In this document: positions 62,642 through 64,000 of the stretch, piece by piece
Layout of the letters: each line of letters begins with the position of its first letter
Position numbering within the stretch: the stretch's first letter is position 1
Source of the DNA: Candidatus Saccharimonadota bacterium
Lineage (GTDB): Bacteria > Patescibacteriota > Saccharimonadia > Saccharimonadales > JAGQNJ01
NCBI GenBank assembly: GCA_036826295.1
Contig: DAISWO010000003.1
Span: forward strand, 42,018 to 106,017
Length of the DNA: 64,000 nt
Direction of reading: 5' to 3'
Notes under the pieces: model-generated
The model's database searches: none
The model's input: the letters and a program-made list of their open reading frames with translations, nothing else
Told to the model about the DNA's origin: nothing
Program-made: the position numbers and the translations under genes

Positions 62642-63403
62642 CTACGTTTTGTTAGAGGATGTAAGAATTTCTACGCCTGTTTTTGTAATTAATATCGTGT
62701 CTTCAAAATGTGCAGACAAAGAACCGTCTTTGGTCTTCACTGTCCAACCATCTTTATCAATAAAAACATCTTCGCCTCCAAGTGTCGCCATAGGTTCTAC
62801 AGCAATAGTCATACCGGCGCATAAAACTGGACCAGTGTTTTTATGCCCGTAATTAGGAATTTCAGGAGCCTCATGCAGGCTATGCCCTACTCCATGCCCC
62901 ACAAACTGTTTTACTACCCCTAAACCTGCTTCTTCCAGTACATCAGAAATCCTTGCACCTAACGAGCCCACTTGAACTCCGTCTTTTAGTATATTCAAAC
63001 CAGCTCTGAGTGATTCTCGTGTTTTTTCAACTAGTTTTTTTACTTCCGGGTCTAACTTACCGACAACAACAGAGATTGCCCCATCAGTAATCATGTCTTT
63101 ATGCAAAATTCCAAAGTCAAAACTAACAATATCACCTCTTTGTATGATCCTTTTTTCACTGGGTATTCCATGAACAACTTCATCATTCAAAGAAATACAG
63201 ATAACATCCGGAAAACCATAATACCCCAAAAATGCTGGCTTCACTCCGTAGTTTTTTAGTTCTTGCTTGGCTATATCCGCTAAAAACTTTGTGCTCATCC
63301 CCGGTTCAACTGTTTTTTCCAACAATAGCAGTACAGACTTTAGCATCTTTCCGCCCTCTCGCATTGCTTGAATTTCTTTATCTGTTTTGATTATTGGAGT
63401 CAT
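62642..63403 (-). CDS. map: Methionine aminopeptidase type I
   Basis: 253 aa with metal-ligand contexts (DIVSFDF, DGAISV, VGHGVG, IAVEP, FEDT). Confidence 0.92.
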   Translation of the reverse strand: MTPIIKTDKEIQAMREGGKMLKSVLLLLEKTVEPGMSTKFLADIAKQELKNYGVKPAFLGYYGFPDVICISLNDEVVHGIPSEKRIIQRGDIVSFDFGILHKDMITDGAISVVVGKLDPEVKKLVEKTRESLRAGLNILKDGVQVGSLGARISDVLEEAGLGVVKQFVGHGVGHSLHEAPEIPNYGHKNTGPVLCAGMTIAVEPMATLGGEDVFIDKDGWTVKTKDGSLSAHFEDTILITKTGVEILTSSNKT

Positions 63404-63944
63404 TGGCCAAATTTGCCTTTACTGCCTTTAGAATCTCGTCGTGTACTTCTTCAACATTTTGTTCTGCATTAATATCATAAACTTTTACATTATTATTCTT
63501 AAGTTCTTCCAGTACAGGCAAGATTGTTCTATCGTACTCTTTTAATCTTAGTTCTATGGCATCAGCATTGTCATCAGGACGCCCTCTGCTTAACAATCGT
63601 TCTTTTACGATATCTGAAGACGCCACAAGATGAATAACAGCACTAACTTTAAGTTGTCCATATTTTAACTGGTTTAACAGCCAATCCGCCTGGCCAACTG
63701 TCCTAGGAAATCCGTCTAGAATAAATTCATGGTCTGTGTCTACCACTGAAAAAATTTTCTGAACCAATGAGATCATCTGATCGTCATCCAATAATTTACC
63801 CTCAATCATATCCTTTCTAGTCTGCCCTGAGATTAACATTCTCAAGAATTCACCAGTCGATAGCCACGGCAAACATAAAACATCAGCCAGTTTTCTGCCC
63901 TGCACACTTTTACCCGAACCAACAACACCCATAAATATAATCAT
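63378..63944 (-). CDS. adk: Adenylate kinase (short LID)
   Basis: P-loop GVVGSGKS, then LSTGEFLR and ILDGFPRTVGQA. Classic (secY-)adk-map order. Confidence 0.85.
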   Translation of the reverse strand: MIIFMGVVGSGKSVQGRKLADVLCLPWLSTGEFLRMLISGQTRKDMIEGKLLDDDQMISLVQKIFSVVDTDHEFILDGFPRTVGQADWLLNQLKYGQLKVSAVIHLVASSDIVKERLLSRGRPDDNADAIELRLKEYDRTILPVLEELKNNNVKVYDINAEQNVEEVHDEILKAVKANLANDSNNQNR

Positions 63945-64000
63945 TGTCCAATTTTCTCCTTAACCAGTCTTGCGATAGTCGCACCGTCAGCTGAACTACC
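63941..64000 (-). CDS. 3' end of an upstream CDS running off the right window edge (secY by synteny only)
   Basis: Minus-strand frame reads ...GSSADGATIARLVKEKIGQ* with the TGA overlapping the adk ATG (ATGA). Identity cannot be established from 19 residues. Confidence 0.3.
   Translation of the reverse strand, partial: GSSADGATIARLVKEKIGQ

Noticed and set aside
1-64000. Possible alternative genetic code (UGA or UAG reassignment, as in some CPR lineages).
   Set aside because: Conserved genes end at TGA (for example the CDS overlapping the adk start) and at TAG (lysS, rplU) at expected lengths. No conserved gene shows internal stops. The single in-frame TAG at 35010 is better explained as a mutation or as two micro-ORFs.
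1-64000. Searched by eye for rRNA, tRNA (T-loop GGTTCGAATCC-like), tmRNA, CRISPR repeats, transposase/integrase genes and prophage structural genes.
   Set aside because: None seen. The longer intergenic regions contain hairpins or leaders rather than tRNA-like cloverleaf signatures. The visual scan is not exhaustive.

Overview
AT-rich, very compact 64-kb bacterial window with about 70 protein genes, roughly 85% on the minus strand. I saw no rRNA, tRNA, CRISPR array, transposase or integrase. Most of it is housekeeping. That includes the start of the dcw cluster (mraZ-rsmH), ftsA-ftsZ, ftsE-ftsX with a CHAP hydrolase and an S41 protease, secA, hpf, five aminoacyl-tRNA synthetases (glyQS, serS, lysS, proS, ileS), RF1/RF2/prmC and several ribosomal proteins. 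It also includes frr, tsf, uppS, rseP, xseAB, recO, pyrG, parAB, lepB, an LCP protein, and nrdR with a class II (B12) ribonucleotide reductase. The reduced gene set, Gram-positive-type envelope genes and missing biosynthesis suggest a Patescibacteria/CPR (Saccharibacteria-like) genome; this is inference only. Standard genetic code applies (TGA and TAG both terminate conserved genes). The left ~9 kb looks accessory: a GH1 glycosidase, an NTF2-like ORF flanked by two ~118-nt extended hairpins, an AlkD-like gene coupled to an unknown Trp/Cys-rich protein, an acidic orphan, and an NYN nuclease plus PIF1-like helicase. The items most worth a second look are: (1) a clear heliorhodopsin gene with no retinal pathway nearby; (2) a two-component pair in which both phospho-sites (kinase His, receiver Asp) are replaced by Glu; (3) an ileS T-box leader whose antiterminator is nested inside a clamp helix rather than invaded by a terminator; (4) the two strand-asymmetric long hairpins; (5) the NYN-PIF1 nuclease/helicase pair; (6) a G10 tract inside htrA; (7) a small membrane ORF interrupted by an in-frame TAG; (8) a 30-nt perfect palindrome and a split parS-like repeat upstream of parA; (9) a Cys-less thioredoxin-fold gene just downstream of the RNR gene. 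All functional calls come from reading the translations and motifs by eye. No database search was run.
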